Shown here: positions 10,632 to 22,431 of the stretch, piece by piece | Position numbering within the stretch: position 1 is the stretch's first letter | How the letters are laid out: each line of letters starts with the position of its first letter | Assembly: GCA_025201805.1 (NCBI GenBank) | Contig: MU619282.1 | Span: 65,751-129,750 of the forward strand | Source: Parasitella parasitica NRRL 2501 | Taxonomy: Eukaryota; Fungi; Mucoromycota | Reading direction: 5' to 3' | Length of the DNA: 64,000 nucleotides | The notes under the pieces: model-generated | The model's database searches: none | Seen by the model: the letters and a program-made list of their open reading frames with translations, nothing else | Told to the model about the DNA's origin: nothing | Position numbers and translations under genes: made by a program

Positions 10632-13386
10632 GCAGTTTTTGGAAAAAAAAGTTAAAGTAAATGATACATGTCACGGTGTTTGTGATAATATGTATTAGGG
10701 TTTCTGATAACAAAACTTTTTATTTTTGATCAAACAACAACCATTGTGCAGAAAGCAATAGGGCCACAATACAAAATTGTTTGAACTCCATAATGTTTAA
10801 ATGTTGATAAATTATTCCAGATATATTCGTTAAATATTAGACATTTAAATAAGCTCAAATATTTAGACATGGTCTTTAGAACTGCAAAAGTATTTAAGCT
10901 AAATTAAAAACTATCAAAGTATCAAATTATCAAAGTGTATATACTAGTAAGACCTTAAGTTGTACTTATCTGTCAAATTATGCATTTATAAGATGGCAGT
11001 TTATCCCTGAATCTACGTTTAGACCAACCATTTCATTTTGTCTTCTCCTTTAATGATATGTCTTTTCAAAAATTATAACTTATTCAAGCAAATGACAATA
11101 TAACTTCACATTACCATTTTATGTACATCTGTTGAGTAAAGTCAGCATATCCAATATCAAAGAAAGAATATACAGTCGGGATTCGTTATAACGGATGGGT
11201 TGGTGTACAAAATGTGTTTGGTATAGCGAGTTTTCTCTTATTCAAAATTTGATACTCTACAGTACAGTGCCTGGAACCTGGAATTTATCAAAAGCTTATC
11301 ATGAAGCTTAACTTTTGTTAGTAAAATTATCTCAATCCCAATCCTAACCTCTATTTTACTTTCTATTTTACATGTTTAACACCAGAATTACGAAGAAAAA
11401 AAAAGAAACTCTTGAACTGATACTAAGCATTATAATAAGCATCAATGGTAACAGATCTTCTCTGTCAGTAGCAATTAGCAACTTATGAATTATTTACAAA
11501 TAACAAGGAGTTATTACGGGAAAACATTGTATTCATTGATTACCCTCTTCTGCTTCTAACTCGATGAGGCACACATATTTTATCATATTACTATGAGGAA
11601 AAGTATACTTGTGGCATCAAAAATACTTACGTTATGGAGCTTTGTCATGTACTAGAATTGATTTTGACGTGCTATCATCTCCAGATAGATATTTTTACAG
11701 CTTAAAAGCAAGAACTTTAGCTTTGCGTGCATCTTTTTACTGATTTTCATAAGGAAAAGTGTCCTGAAAACGCCAGAAATAGTATTCATTGGGAAAAAAC
11801 TATATTATATATGATTTTGGTACAATTTGAGCATGATTTTTTTTTTCGATGCCAAATGACGGATTTTTTCAATTTTTTCCTTGTACCCACACATCCAAAA
11901 TCATCGATTATGCATTATCCTTGATTTAGACCCCAAAAATGCAACTTTTTATCATATTATATATTAGAGGAAAATGATCGTAAAAGACCGTTCCTTGATC
12001 TGAAAGACTGGAAATGCGCCATGATTAAGCAAACTATTGACTTTTCCCTCTTGATCTGTTTTGAGGTTTTCTCGACATAATTCCTTCCATGAGCATACGA
12101 GAATTATGAAATAATACCATCTTGTAGAGCGTCCAAAAGTACAGCTATTATCATAGACTGACAGCTAGGGTATGCATAGTATCAGAGGATGATGTTTTGC
12201 CTTAAAGAAGTAATTTTGTTTCCAAATGGAAAAAAGGAAGTTCCGAAAAAAATTTCAATTCCCGAATTTGGAACCCGTTAAACCCCCCCAAAAAAAAAAA
12301 AAAATGGTTGTTTTTTTTGGGAAAAGCATTAACTTTGAGAAGCCATAGCTTTCCCAATTCAAGGAAAAAACAATTTTAATTTAGTTAATTTAAATAGCGT
12401 GCTCCCTGGCTTTCTAATGGTAGCACTTGCATGTCTGTATCTGGCCTGACGATCTCACGCTCCGATTTTGAAAAATACTTTTCCGAGAAAGTCAGAAAAG
12501 TCTCTACCTTCATCTGATATCGACTTGAAAAGTATAGAAACTTGCTCTAAGCTATGCAAATATGTAATCAAAAGGTGCCTTATAGTCTAATGCATTACTT
12601 TGAATTGCTTGTTTTTGGTTTGAGATCGTTAAACATTGTTTTCTTACAGCTTTTGTCTTTTTTGTTACAATAACACACTGAAGTTCGTGTAGAGCAAAAA
12701 AAAAAAAAAAAAATTAGGCGCCTAAAATCTACGCTGGCTTTGCAAAGGCGCACACTTTTGAATCATTCCAATATTATGAAATAGATGGCACAGGTTTGAC
12801 TAGCTGTTCTGCTGTGCAACTGGATACAGAGAATCCAGCTTGGTACTTGTCTGACAAGATTTTCTACACTATAAAATACCAGAGAAAAGGGGACAATCTG
12901 CCACCAGGATATCACACCCATTCATATAAAATTATTTGTATAGAAATTTTTGAAATCTCAAGAGTATAAATGCGTTTATCTTTAATCCCGCTCTTCGTTC
13001 CTGAATCCAGTTAAAGGTTTTTGATCCATAGTCAATAGACACACTTATACCCAGAATTACAGATGTTTGTCAATAGACAACCGTAACCTTTTTTGAAGAA
13101 TACCTTGAACTTAAAGACATGATTTGGACAGCTTATTTCAAAACACATTCTCTTTATATTTTCACTATGGAATGAAACAAAGCAATTACTCTTTTTTTCT
13201 AAATATGAAATCCCCACTTAAAATCCTTATTTATAGGGAGGCATTTCTCTTCTCTTAGAAACTCCTTAGCATTTATCAGTAATAATAGGCTTGTTATCAG
13301 AAACCCTAATACATATTATCACAAACACCGTGACATGAACGGTATCATTTACTTGAACTTTTATTGCAGAAACCATAAAAAGATTG
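10632..13386 (+). mobile_element. Non-autonomous TIR DNA transposon, ~2.75 kb, copy 1
   Basis: Perfect 47-bp inverted repeat 10667-10713 / 13291-13337 (CATGTCACGGTGTTTGTGATAATATGTATTAGGGTTTCTGATAACAA) inside longer imperfect TIRs. No long ORF. Near-identical inverted copy at ~60371-63055. Confidence 0.85.
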
Positions 13387-13829
13387 TATTTTCATTATAT
13401 GCATTAATGTTCTAAATAGTCAAGTCGTTTCTCTCCTGGATATGGCTTTTATGCGAATCTTGGCACCTTGATTTTATTTTTTGTAAGCAATAAAGTCTGT
13501 AATGGATATAATTGTAGTATCTGTGTATTAATAAATGGATCTTAGGAAGAAGTATTTGAGACTTGATACGATTTATCAGTCGAGCTCGGTGTATTTGTTC
13601 ATTAGGATCGTTGTGCTTCTCACGTTTTCCTTTGCACTTGTCACCAAAATGAACCTCTCATTTCTCGTTGATCACGTCAGAAACAAGAAGAATTCAGATT
13701 TCAATGAATTTGTGAACAGCAGTCTAGATGACATTATGACTATCTCCTATGGATTCCAAGGCAAGTTCCCAGATTTACTGGTTGCGTGGTGGGGACGGCA
13801 ATAATGATTAGTTAATAGAAATTAATCAG

Positions 13830-13965
13830 GTAAAGACCCGTTTATTATATTCAAAATAGAGGGTTTATAGACTTCATATAAACTGAACGAAGTGATGTGA
13901 AGATAAAGATTATAGTGACGAGATCCGGGAGATAGGGTAGATTGTATCTATCACAAATGTCATGT
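13830..13965 (-). repeat. Diverged LTR-like repeat relic, homologous to 30111-30265
   Basis: Reverse complement shares CATGACAT.TGT, ATAGATACAA.CTA and TATAAACC.TC.ATTTT..AT.TAATAAACG..TCTTTAC with 30111-30265. Confidence 0.55.
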
Positions 13966-14738
13966 CTTATTGTATTATGATCTGATGTTCTAGTCTTCAG
14001 TATAAGTTATATTATATTGGCATCCGGTTTTAGAATTGATACATCATAGACATTATTAGGTGTGAATGGACAATGTTGATCCGCATCAATCCCAGAAGCA
14101 GATATCAAATCAGTGCATAAACTTATCTGAGGAGGAGTAAAATACGAGATGATGGATAGAATATATCTCAACATGGATAGATAATAATATGACAGGAGAA
14201 AAAGGTATCGTTTTATTGCATGTATGTACAAAGACAGAGATTTCATTTTCATAATTCAAACATTTGCTCATAACTTCTGCTAAAGGAACTGTGGAACCGC
14301 AATTGAGCCTGGAAAACATAGCGACAGCTCAGAAGCGCTACGGAATAAAAGCATTTTTATCCATGAGATATCGATATCGATAAAGTTATCAATAAAAATG
14401 AGAATGTAATAAGAACTCTCAATTTGCCAGATACAAAACTAATGATGTCGATTTATGTCGAATGAATCCACAACGTGAATCAATCTAAGGATACAGCAGA
14501 TAGATCATACTTAACATTTAATTGTCAAACAAAGTTATAACGCGGTAATAGTCATAGTAAACTATTTATATCTAATCAGCTAATTATTATAAATGTGAAT
14601 TGTTCATCGATAATGTTAGCTTCGTAATTTGGGATAAGTAGAACCCGAATAGATGGCTTATCTTTTCAACATTCCATAATTAATTCTACTTTATATAAAT
14701 TATCGGCGACATTAAACATTAGATCCGATTCAGAAATG

Positions 14739-14752
14739 GTTGCCATGACAAC
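14739..14752. promoter_or_regulatory. RFX X-box-like palindrome GTTGCCATGACAAC
   Basis: 13/14 match to the canonical GTTGCCATGGCAAC, with a further half site CTATGGTAAC about 30 bp downstream. Lies ~780 bp upstream of the CLASP_N gene. Confidence 0.4.
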
Positions 14753-15471
14753 GTAGTTAAGATATGGTAGCCATTGTATTCTATGGTAACAAAAAGATCT
14801 CGGGGGGGGGGTGGAGACCACTCGTGCTATGCAATATATATTCAACGAACTGATTTGTTTGCCTTCTATACTAAGGTTTCTTAAGATCAGATTCATCGAA
14901 GATGCAACGAGCAGGCTCCAAGGACCTCGAACTTAAGGATTCGAAGAATCTCAACCCTCAAATTGAAGATGTTTATCATAGAAATCCTTTTTTAGAGCAA
15001 TGAACTAGTAATAAAGTTTGAACAATTATGGTATTCTTTGTGAGTAGCCACCGTATTACGTGATGAGGGACACTAAATAAAATATTGGTTTGTTTGATCC
15101 ATGGAGAAGTTTGGGATCAGTCGGAAACATGGTTCAAGACAAAAAGATTTACATCAAAGCATCAGTGATTCCTATTTTTTTTTGCTTTGATTTTGTTCTA
15201 GGTACGCTGTTGTGCTGGTATTACATAGAGTATCTCTATAATCTCCATCTTCGTAACTATGAATCTAAATCGTTCTTGTAGTCCAGCAAGCAAAACTACC
15301 AACCGAAGTTTTTGTTTTTACAATACAACATTAGTATCTCTTAATTGTGTGATCCCCACATGTATCCTGCTTAACATTGAGCTAAAAGACGTGACTTTAA
15401 TCATAGTTTACAAACTCGCCCTTTGAATGAATGAAGTAAGGCCTTACACTTTTCTTTTTTCTGTTTTTTCT

Positions 15472-15506
<35 letters not shown>

Positions 15507-15529
15507 NNNNNNNNNNTCACGATTGAAGC

Positions 15530-17467
15530 ATGACTAGTGTCAGTGTAAGACGCTCTAAAGAGGTAAATTCGTTTGATTTCTAAACCAAACAATAAAAGAA
15601 AAAAATAAAAATCACAGAAATAGACTGAACTATTATAAAAAGATTAATTCTTTGGAAGAGCTCCACTATGAATTTGGGCGAATTACTTTGTTATTCAATG
15701 GAAAAGAGACCGATGACAACTGGGAATTAAGGGTTGCGTTTTTCAAGAAAGTAACTACACTTCTTTTATCTGAAAAAGCAGTTGCTTGGAGAGAACACAT
15801 CGACAAAGGGATACACAACAACATGTCTGCACTCATACTTTCAGTAAGTATTCGTTGCCCTGAGATGTCACAATATTAACTTCTTTTTTTGTCAAATTAA
15901 CAAATAGATTCATAGCAACAGATCAACTGTTGCCGCCGAAGCACTCTCATTTGTAGACGGTATTGCGTCTTCAGTTGCCAGCTCAATGTCTATCTACACT
16001 CTCGAGATTATCATGAAAAACCTGCTAAAGATCAGCTGCATTACAAAAAAGGCTTTGGCTGCAAAGGTTCTCAAAGTTACCAACCACCTTTTATCAAAAA
16101 CGAGCTTTCATACCAAGATAATATCCATGTTATGCAAAACTGGAAACGAAAAAAATCCTCAGCTTCGAGAATTTTCAGCGTTCTATATTCAAACTGTGCT
16201 TGACACACATGGATCAAGCGAAGCTGTCAAATCAAGGATCGCCAAAGCAGACCTGAATCAGCTCATTAAAGATTTCATTCAAAAAGGTTTAGTGGATGCT
16301 ACACCTTCCGTGAGGGAAGCTTGCAAAAGCACATATTCAGTATATAGCAAGTATTGGCCTAAAGCAGCAGAAACCCTTTTTCAACAAATGGATCTTGCCG
16401 TCCAACGCAGATTAGGAGTAAAGCCATCAACATCTGTTACCAAAGCAACAAAACCAATGATTAATCGTACTATCAAGTCTGTGGGTAGTATTCAAAAGCC
16501 AGGCAGCAGAGTTATCATGACCAAATCAAATTCTTATTGCAACAAAAATTCAATTGCTTCAACCACTGTCAAGGCGATAAAGCCTCGCTCATCATTGCCA
16601 ACAGCTGCTAGCTCAATGCCAAAAATCTCTATGAAAGCAGAAAGACCGCCACTTGAGCGTCGCTCAAGATTGAAGCCATCCACACCATTCATTTCCAACT
16701 TTACAAAACCAGCAATTAATCGTACCATGAAGTCTGGAAGCAGTATTTTCAGACCATTTAACGAAACTGCTGCCACCCAAGCAAACCTGGCAATAGTCAG
16801 GAGAGCTGCTGTCGAAACAGCAAATGCCAGGTCATCATGTTCATCAACTGTTAGTTCCGCAAATAAGTCTATGTTGGCAACTTCTACAACAACCCAAAAT
16901 CCCACAAGGGAGAAACTCGCGGCAGAAACCCTCACCGCGCGACGTCAATTAGGAGTAAGGCCAGCAACATTGTCTAAACCTGATTCAACAAGGCCGGCAA
17001 TCAATCGTACTGTGAAATGCGAAAGCAGCATTGCCAAATCAAGCAGCAGGCTTTTTATCACCAAAGCAAATTCAGACAAGATCCAGGATGCAATTGCTTC
17101 AACTTCTGTCAAGCCAACAAAATCTAGCTCGTCATTCAAACCAATCTCAAATACTAAAGGAGTTTATCGTCGGCTAGGAGTCAACCCATTCACATCATCT
17201 AGTAATAGAATCCCCAATTTTGCAAAACCTACAATCGGCCAGACTATGAAATCTGCAAAGATCGCCAAACCAAGTTCATCTACCACTAAGGATGGGATTG
17301 CCTCGGCTACTGCCAAATCCCCTTTAGGCCCAAAAGTATGCTTGACCACATTACCAACGCCAACATCATCGGTGTCACCGACTGCTAGCCCATCCATTTC
17401 CGGATCTGCGCAGACCTCTTCAGCGCTGCCGCCCTCGTTACCATCCACATCAACGCCACCCACATAA
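15530..17467 (+). CDS. CLASP N-terminal (TOG-like) domain protein, Stu1/CLASP-related, with a basic Ser/Thr/Pro-rich repeat tail
   Basis: KETDDNWELR, SNRSTV, ITKKALA, EKNPQLRE and KGLVDATPSVREACKSTYSVYSKYWP...LFQQMD match the CLASP_N pattern. Probable exon 1 from ATG 15530; introns end at 15642 and ~15907. Confidence 0.8.
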
Positions 17468-17934
17468 ATCTCCAAACAGCACAAGTAATACTGTGCGACT
17501 TTTACCTTATTTGATATGACGATTTAAAGATAAAAAGATAAAAATATGACCCAGTTGTTTTTGGTTTTAAATGTAAAGCCTGGTACACCTACGAGCTAGA
17601 TTTTAGTATTTTAAAGATAACAGACCCATGGCGACAGGTATCCTGCATGCGGTACGATTATTTCCAAGAAAAGGTGCAGTCTTGGAACGTGCTATTGAAG
17701 ATATGCTCTAGGTTTGGTCTGTGCAAGCTCGTTTTAAAGATCGAGCATTGCCATGTGGACCTAATACTAGGGAAAGAAAAGGGCTATTCGATACACAATA
17801 TGCAAGAAAGCTTAGTCCCACGCACTCCCAGAGCAAACCATATCAGTATTAAGCAAATGCGGTGACAAAAGTAATTTTTATTGATCAACTACTTGAAGAC
17901 AGAACTAAAGGAATCCATAGATAAACTAGCGAAT

Positions 17935-18561
17935 TTATAGCTTTTCCTCTTTAACACCATCCTTGAAGAAAGTGAAGTAAGGAATGATACCATCCTCACG
18001 GTAATTCAACAAAGCAACCATACCATCGGGGTCCATGCTTTCGCCAACATAAAATTCATAATCTTTGAAATTTCCCAATACCTTCTTGATAAAAGTTGTA
18101 GCTTGCTTTTCAAAGATAGAAATACGTTCAGGGTTTGATACTTCCAACTTTTTCTTGATGGCCTTCATGTATCCCTTGATATATGACATGTAGGTCTTCT
18201 TATCAAAGGTAGAGGGGGCCAGCTTGAAAGAATAAACAACGTTGTTAACTTTTTCAGTGTTGGAGTCTGCGACTTCCTCGTCATCACCACCTTCAGCGGA
18301 AGGATTGGCACCGATATCGATATTATCAGCATTATCGGGTGAAATCATAGCACAATCAACTTCATATACAATATCATCAACTTCCTTTAGAGGCTATGAT
18401 ATTAAAGAATTTAGTCAATGACACTAGCTGAAATCAGCAATGAACTTACGTAGGCATCAGAAAAAAGTTCGTCACCTATGACATGCATAGAAATTAGTCA
18501 GCTGTTGTGTAGATGCCTATAATCATACTTTACCGCTAATAATATCTTTGAACAAAAGCAT
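17935..18561 (-). CDS. TMA19: Translationally controlled tumour protein (TCTP/Tma19/Mmi1), 3 exons
   Basis: MLLFKDIISG|DELFSDAY|PLKEVDDIVYEVDC, IDIGANPSAE, FDKKTYMSYIKGYMK, FYVGESMDPDGMVALLNYREDG. Confidence 0.96.
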
Positions 18562-19151
18562 AGTGTTTGATGGATGGAAGTGAAAACTAAGGATGGATGC
18601 AACCGAAAGGAAAATTTTCAATAAAAAGCGTCTGGATCTCTTGGCATTTTTTGATGGCTTGTTGGCGGCATTCTATTTGAGAGGTACCGCACAAATCATA
18701 TTCAGCCCAGACTTATCTCGTAAACAATGTTCAAGTACCTATGTCGTACTCTCACTACATACTTGAGGGTACAGCGCATACAAAGGATCACATATAGGTC
18801 ATACACTTTAGTCATTGAACCACATGTCATTATGAATAAAACCAGAACACACTATACAGTACCTACCCATAAAACAGGTTATCACCAAACAACTCGAGCA
18901 GCTCACGCTTAAAATGTCTGCAATATATGCATACGATGAATGGCACTGAATGAATACATTATGGCTCGCATGTGCATATTATGATGAATCGAATAATAGT
19001 GCATTCTGGATTTCAATAAAATCGAATAGTGGCCTACATATGGTAAAACACGTTAAAAGAAAAGATGCACTCTGGGATATTTCATTCTTGTTCTTGTTCT
19101 TGTTCTTTTTTATATTTTATTTTATTTTATTTTTTTATACAGTGGGATAAA

Positions 19152-21138
19152 ATGGCCAAGATATTAATTGGTTTATTAGCACTCTGTGGTCTTGGTCAAG
19201 CCATGTATTTGCCTGGCGTTGCGCCTAATGATTACGACCAAGGGAGCGACGTGCCTTTGTTCGTCAACTCGTTAACGCCCATGTCCAACCAGCAAAAGTC
19301 GGTTTTGTCGTATGATTACTATGACGAACGCTTCCACTTTTGCGCACCTGAAGGCGGTGCCAAAAAGCAAGCTGAAAGCTTGGGCTCTGTTCTTTTTGGC
19401 GACCGCATTTTCACATCTGCTTTCAAGGCAAGTACAAAGACGCATACACCAGCAAATAGATTATTCACAGTTAACCTCATGATAAGCAGCTTTCTCTTGG
19501 AAATAACGAAAAGGACAAACTACTGTGTACTTCTGCTCCCATCCCCAAACAGGATGCTGATTTCATCAACGAATGCATCAAAAATGACTATGCTTTGAAC
19601 TGGGTTGTTGATGGTCTTCCAGCTGCTCATCTCAGCAACGATGAACGCACAAATGAAGAGTATTATAGCATTGGCTTTGCTCTCGGCAACAATAGAGGCG
19701 CTGTGGCTGAACTGAACAACCACTACGATATCACTGTCGATTATCATCACCGCGAAGATGGAAAGTACCGTGTTGTTGGCGTTTTGGTCTCTCCTGTAAG
19801 TAGAGCTCAAAAAGTAAATGAAAAGGGTGTGCCTGTCCCAAGTGGAGGCGCAATGGTTTTACAGGGCAACGACCAGGTTGTTTACTCGTACAGCGTTAAT
19901 TGGCAGGTAGGTTTGGTTAAAAAAAAAAGGGGGGGGGGGAAGACGAGGAGGTAGAAGGCCAACTGATAGACTTCATATAGCCTTCTAATATGCCTTGGGC
20001 CACTCGCTGGGATAACTATTTGCACGTTTTGGATCCTTCTATTCATTGGTTTTCTTTGGTGAATTCCATTGTTATTGTTCTCTTCTTGACAGGTATGGTT
20101 GCTATGATCTTGATCCGTGCTCTCCACAAGGACATTTCTCGCTACAATGCTGTTGATGCGCAAGAAGACGTTCAAGAGGATTATGGCTGGAAATTAGTGC
20201 ATGGCGACGTATTCCGTCCCCCACAACGTCCTATGCTCTTGTCTGTTTTGGTAGGTAGTGGTGCTCAAATCGTTGCCATGACAGGTTTGACCTTGGTGTT
20301 TGCTGCTCTTGGATTTTTGTCGCCTTCTAATCGCGGCGCTTTGGGCACTGTTATGATTATCTTTTTCATGGTGTTCAGTTGTATTTCTGGCTTTGTTTCT
20401 GCCCGGATCTACAAGATGAATGGTGGCGAAAATTGGAAGGCAAATATTGGCCTGACTGCTGGTCTTGTTCCTGGAGCTATCATGAGTTCCTTGTTTGCCA
20501 TGAACTTCTTTTTGATCCACTCTCAATCCTCTGGCGCAGTTCCCTTCGGCACCATGTTTGCCTTGCTGGGCCTCTGGGCTTTGATTGCCTTTCCATTAAG
20601 CGTTGCTGGCTCCTACTTTGGGTTCCGTCAACCTCGAATTGAACATCCTGTGCGCACAAACCAAATTCCTCGTCAAATTCCTGATCAGCCCATGTACCTT
20701 CGTAGTTTGCCTTCTATTATGATGGGCGGCATTTTGCCCTTTGGCGCCATCTTTATTGAATTATATTTCATCATGAATTCCATATGGTTCCACCGTGTTT
20801 ACTATGGCATTGGCTTCTTGTTTTTGGTATTTATCGTTCTCATGCTGACTTGTTCTCAAGTGACAATCTTGATGTGCTACTTCCACCTTTGTAGTGAGGA
20901 TTATCATTGGTCATGGCGCTCTTTCTTGACGTCTGGTGCAGCTGGTTTCTACGTTTTCTTATACTCTATTTTATACTACTTTACAAAGCTAAACATCAGC
21001 ACTTTTACTAGCACAGTTCTTTATCTTGGGTACTCTGCTGTTATCAGTATTTTGTTGACTGTTTTCACTGGCGCTGTTGGATACCTTTCTTGCTTGTACT
21101 TTTTACAAAAAATCTTTGCTAGTATCAAAGTAGATTAA
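19152..21138 (+). CDS. EMP70: Transmembrane 9 superfamily / endomembrane protein 70 (Tmn1/Emp70-like)
   Basis: Signal peptide plus YLPGVAP, ESLGSVLFGDRI, WATRWDNYL, IHWFSLVNS, GWKLVHGDVFRPP, PVRTNQIPRQIP, GGILPFG, EDYHWSWRSF and a C-terminal IKVD. Two introns, the first GC-AG. Confidence 0.96.
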
Positions 21139-22431
21139 ATTTAGATACTACTACTAAAATAATATAATGAAATGCCTATATTAGGAGAACATTATCAATA
21201 AATATAATTGTACATGATTTGATGTATTCAACGCTTCAAAGCATTCGTTTAATGGTAAGTTGAATAATATATTTGTAGTCTTACAAATTTTCTATCGGTA
21301 TATCCAATTGTTTATCGCATTTTGACATTTGTTGTGAAAAATCTCGGTCATGATACTCATGGGAAGGATCATTATCAGCAATGATGTTACATTGATAGTA
21401 CACAAAAGACTTTTGTGGTCGTCGAAAACTAGTAAAGCAAGCGAGCACTTTTATCTCTCAATTTGCTTTTTAAAGCCTTGCGCTATATTCATCAGCACCT
21501 TCCTTTCACCCCCCCAAAGAAAAAAAAATCCATATAAACCAAGTAATAATTATCTGTATTTGTTTGGGCTATCAAATCATTCAGGATGGCACCATTGGTA
21601 CGGATAGATTTCGATCGTTGGCATGTTAAGAGCCTCATCTTGGCGTTTTGTCTCTTAGATCCAATACAGCAGTATTCCGTAGCAGGATTGATCATTGGCA
21701 GCAGCAGCAGCAGCAGCACGCAAAGTAGCGTCCGAGACTGTTTCGCCAGATTCTATCGAGATATTGTCACTTTTAAACAGAGCAGTGAGCAATGATTCAA
21801 TACTTGATGAGCACAAGGCTTCTGTTCCATTTGGGATTCTCTGTCAAAGTTAATTATGCTGTAAATTGCAACGTACACGGTTATTAACAATTGACGCATA
21901 AAAAATTTACTTGTACCATCCAGATAAGCTTCAGTAGCTTGTAGTGTTACATCAACGAAAGTCGATAACTCTATTTGGCGTCAGGGCAATTTTAAGATGG
22001 TTGCCTTTTTTTGTTTATGTTTCATTTGTGGACGAGTGAAAGCATTGTAAAGCAATGATTGTTCTGTTGGTGTTGCTGGTGTTATAGTATACTATTACCA
22101 ACATTTTCTGTTCAGATACAGTGAAAACAGTGATACATGATGTCAGTAGTTCGAGCTTTTTCTGTTGCAATTTATTGAATAGATGAAGAAGAGGGGGGTA
22201 TTTTCATTATGTTGGTAGTTAAAGCCAAGTTTTGTTGAGGTGGATAGAATTTTTCTGGTGAGATGTGTATTTTACAAGCGAAAGTAGCGAAAAAAAAAAA
22301 AGAAAGAAAAAAAAAGTATGGGATGAATGTATAAAGTCAATAGAAGACCCATTGACTCTTGCTACTTGAGATATATAATATGCAACGTGTATATGTTTTT
22401 TTGTGAGTTTGTTTGTTTGTTTGATATTGTC

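Noticed and set aside
12215-12310. The central segment differs completely between the two element copies (vs ~61410-61510)
   Set aside because: Both versions are homopolymer-rich and adjoin poly-A runs, typical of low-quality read ends or gap filling; not treated as a biological variable cassette.
14007-15100. Short ORFs and coding-like fragments in the TE-rich island
   Set aside because: No recognisable domain, and multiple stops.
21350-22300. Short ORFs around a (CAG)n tract between the TM9SF and RFX genes
   Set aside because: No coherent frame or homology; a simple microsatellite in convergent 3' intergenic DNA.
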